DNA of 64,000 nt from an uncultured Solirubrobacterales bacterium (GTDB taxonomy: Bacteria > Actinomycetota > Thermoleophilia > Solirubrobacterales > 70-9). Numbering within the stretch: the stretch's first letter is position 1; every line of letters starts with the position of its first letter. The stretch is from the NCBI GenBank assembly GCA_963812145.1, contig CAWEUG010000004.1, forward strand, positions 498,495 through 562,494, given 5' to 3'. Shown here one piece after another: positions 62,982-64,000 of the stretch. Made by a program: the position numbers and the translations under genes. The notes below the pieces were generated by a model. The model saw only the letters and a program-made list of their open reading frames with translations. It did not search any database and was not told the origin of the DNA.

Positions 62982-63626
62982 ATGCGATACCTCCTGCCCG
63001 CAGTGGCGACCGCCACTGCGCTGACGATCGGCATAGCGCCGGCCGCGGCGACGAGCAAGCACCATCACCAGCCCACGCGGGTCAAGTCCCACGTCTCCCT
63101 GCACCTCTCCGGGCACACCGTGCTGAGTGGCAACGGCGTCGCCGTCCGCGGTCGGGTTCTCCCCGGTGGGCGCCACCGGGTCAGGGTCGTCTTCAGCGGG
63201 CCCGATGCCAAGGTGCTCGGCACCACCACTAGGGCCGACGGCAGCTTCGCGCTGCGCTGGTCTCCCGAGCTGATCGGCAACTACGCCGTGCACGCCTTCG
63301 GCCTCCACGACCGGCACACCCGCGGCGCGGTCAGCAAGGCCCGGCGCCTGACCAGCTACCGCCAGGCCGGCGCCTCCTACTACGGCCCCGGCCTCTACGG
63401 CAACGGAGTCGCCTGCGGCGGCACCCTGATGCCGGGGACGCTGGGGGTGGCTCACAAGACCCTGCCCTGCGGCGCCAGGGTGAAGCTGCGCTACCGCGGC
63501 CGCTCGATCACGGTCCCGGTGATCGACCGCGGCCCCTACGTCGCCGGTCGCGACTACGACCTCACCGAGGCGACCAAGATCCGCCTCCGCTTCCCCGGGG
63601 TGGGGACGGTGCTGGCGAACCGCTAG
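62982..63626 (+). CDS. RlpA-like double-psi beta-barrel (DPBB) cell-wall protein
   Basis: Signal peptide MRYLLPAVATATALTIGIAPAAA. C-terminus ASYYGPGLYGNGVACGG..LPCGARVKLRY..VPVIDRGPYV. The track ORF start 62778 lies inside the riboswitch and was rejected. Confidence 0.85.
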   Translation: MRYLLPAVATATALTIGIAPAAATSKHHHQPTRVKSHVSLHLSGHTVLSGNGVAVRGRVLPGGRHRVRVVFSGPDAKVLGTTTRADGSFALRWSPELIGNYAVHAFGLHDRHTRGAVSKARRLTSYRQAGASYYGPGLYGNGVACGGTLMPGTLGVAHKTLPCGARVKLRYRGRSITVPVIDRGPYVAGRDYDLTEATKIRLRFPGVGTVLANR

Positions 63627-63632
63627 CGCGGA

Positions 63633-64000
63633 TCAGGCGGTGAGGCCGAGCTGAAGCTGTCCGGCAGGCGGCGGCGCTGGGTCGGCCGCCGCCGCTTCGT
63701 CGCTCTCGAAGCCGGCGAGGCGGACCCCGAGCAGGCGCACCGGGCGCTGCGGGTCATAGGCCCGCAGCAGCCCCAGCGCCACGGGGCCGACCACCGCCGG
63801 GTCGTTGGTCGGCTCCTCGACCGTCTGCGAGCGGCTGACGTTGGTCCAGTCGTCGAGCCGGACCTTGATCCCGATCGTCCGTCCCTCCAGCTCGCGCTTG
63901 CACAACCGCCGGCAGAGCTCCTCGGCCTGCCCGGTGAGGATCGCCTCGAGCTCGGCGCGGCTGCTCACGTCGACGTCGAAGGTCGTCTCCACCGACTGCG
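63633..64000 (-). CDS. dinB: DNA polymerase IV, C-terminal (little-finger) part; gene continues past the window edge
   Basis: ETTFDVDV..GRTIGIKVRLDDWTNVSRSQT..VRLLGVRLAGF is typical of the DinB C-terminus. Confidence 0.8.
   Translation of the reverse strand, partial: QSVETTFDVDVSSRAELEAILTGQAEELCRRLCKRELEGRTIGIKVRLDDWTNVSRSQTVEEPTNDPAVVGPVALGLLRAYDPQRPVRLLGVRLAGFESDEAAAADPAPPPAGQLQLGLTA

Overview
A high-GC (about 70%) chromosomal window, probably from a deep-branching Actinomycetota lineage; a Thermoleophilia/Rubrobacteria-like origin is my inference from the 16S sequence and gene content. It is almost entirely housekeeping. In order it carries leuA, an XRE regulator, leuCD, a methyltransferase and leuB. 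Next come ilvE, cimA, a DegT aminotransferase, argH and mpg, then a class A PBP and tyrS. One complete rrn operon (16S-23S-5S, no spacer tRNA) follows. After it come murA and hisZGDBHA, an IS110-family insertion, then hisF. A compact division-cluster remnant follows (pgeF-yggS-sepF-[phoA]-proC-yggT-lspA-rluD). It is followed by rpsB-tsf-pyrH-frr-uppS-cdsA-[secreted repeat protein]-dxr-rseP-ispG-proS-pgsA. The window ends with a small coiled-coil/FHA/MerR operon, nadE, a WS/DGAT acyltransferase, and a ydaO-type c-di-AMP riboswitch in front of an RlpA-like gene. I found no CRISPR array, prophage or recognisable defence island. The points worth a second look are these: (1) a Leu-codon leader peptide whose CUU/CUC run is complementary to the leuA Shine-Dalgarno; (2) a Tam-like methyltransferase translationally coupled inside leuCD-leuB; (3) an IS110 element splitting the his operon, with about 235 nt of 5' non-coding sequence where a bridge RNA is expected; (4) a 90-aa protein with a near-perfect single RsiG-type c-di-GMP-binding motif, in an operon with a zinc-ribbon FHA protein and a MerR regulator; (5) long stop-to-start intergenic hairpins built around GGCGCC; (6) a membrane protein with 22 consecutive pentad repeats. 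Many long ORFs in the six-frame track are Arg/Pro/Gly-rich antisense or out-of-frame artefacts of the high GC content. I ignored those, and trimmed several real genes to internal start codons.
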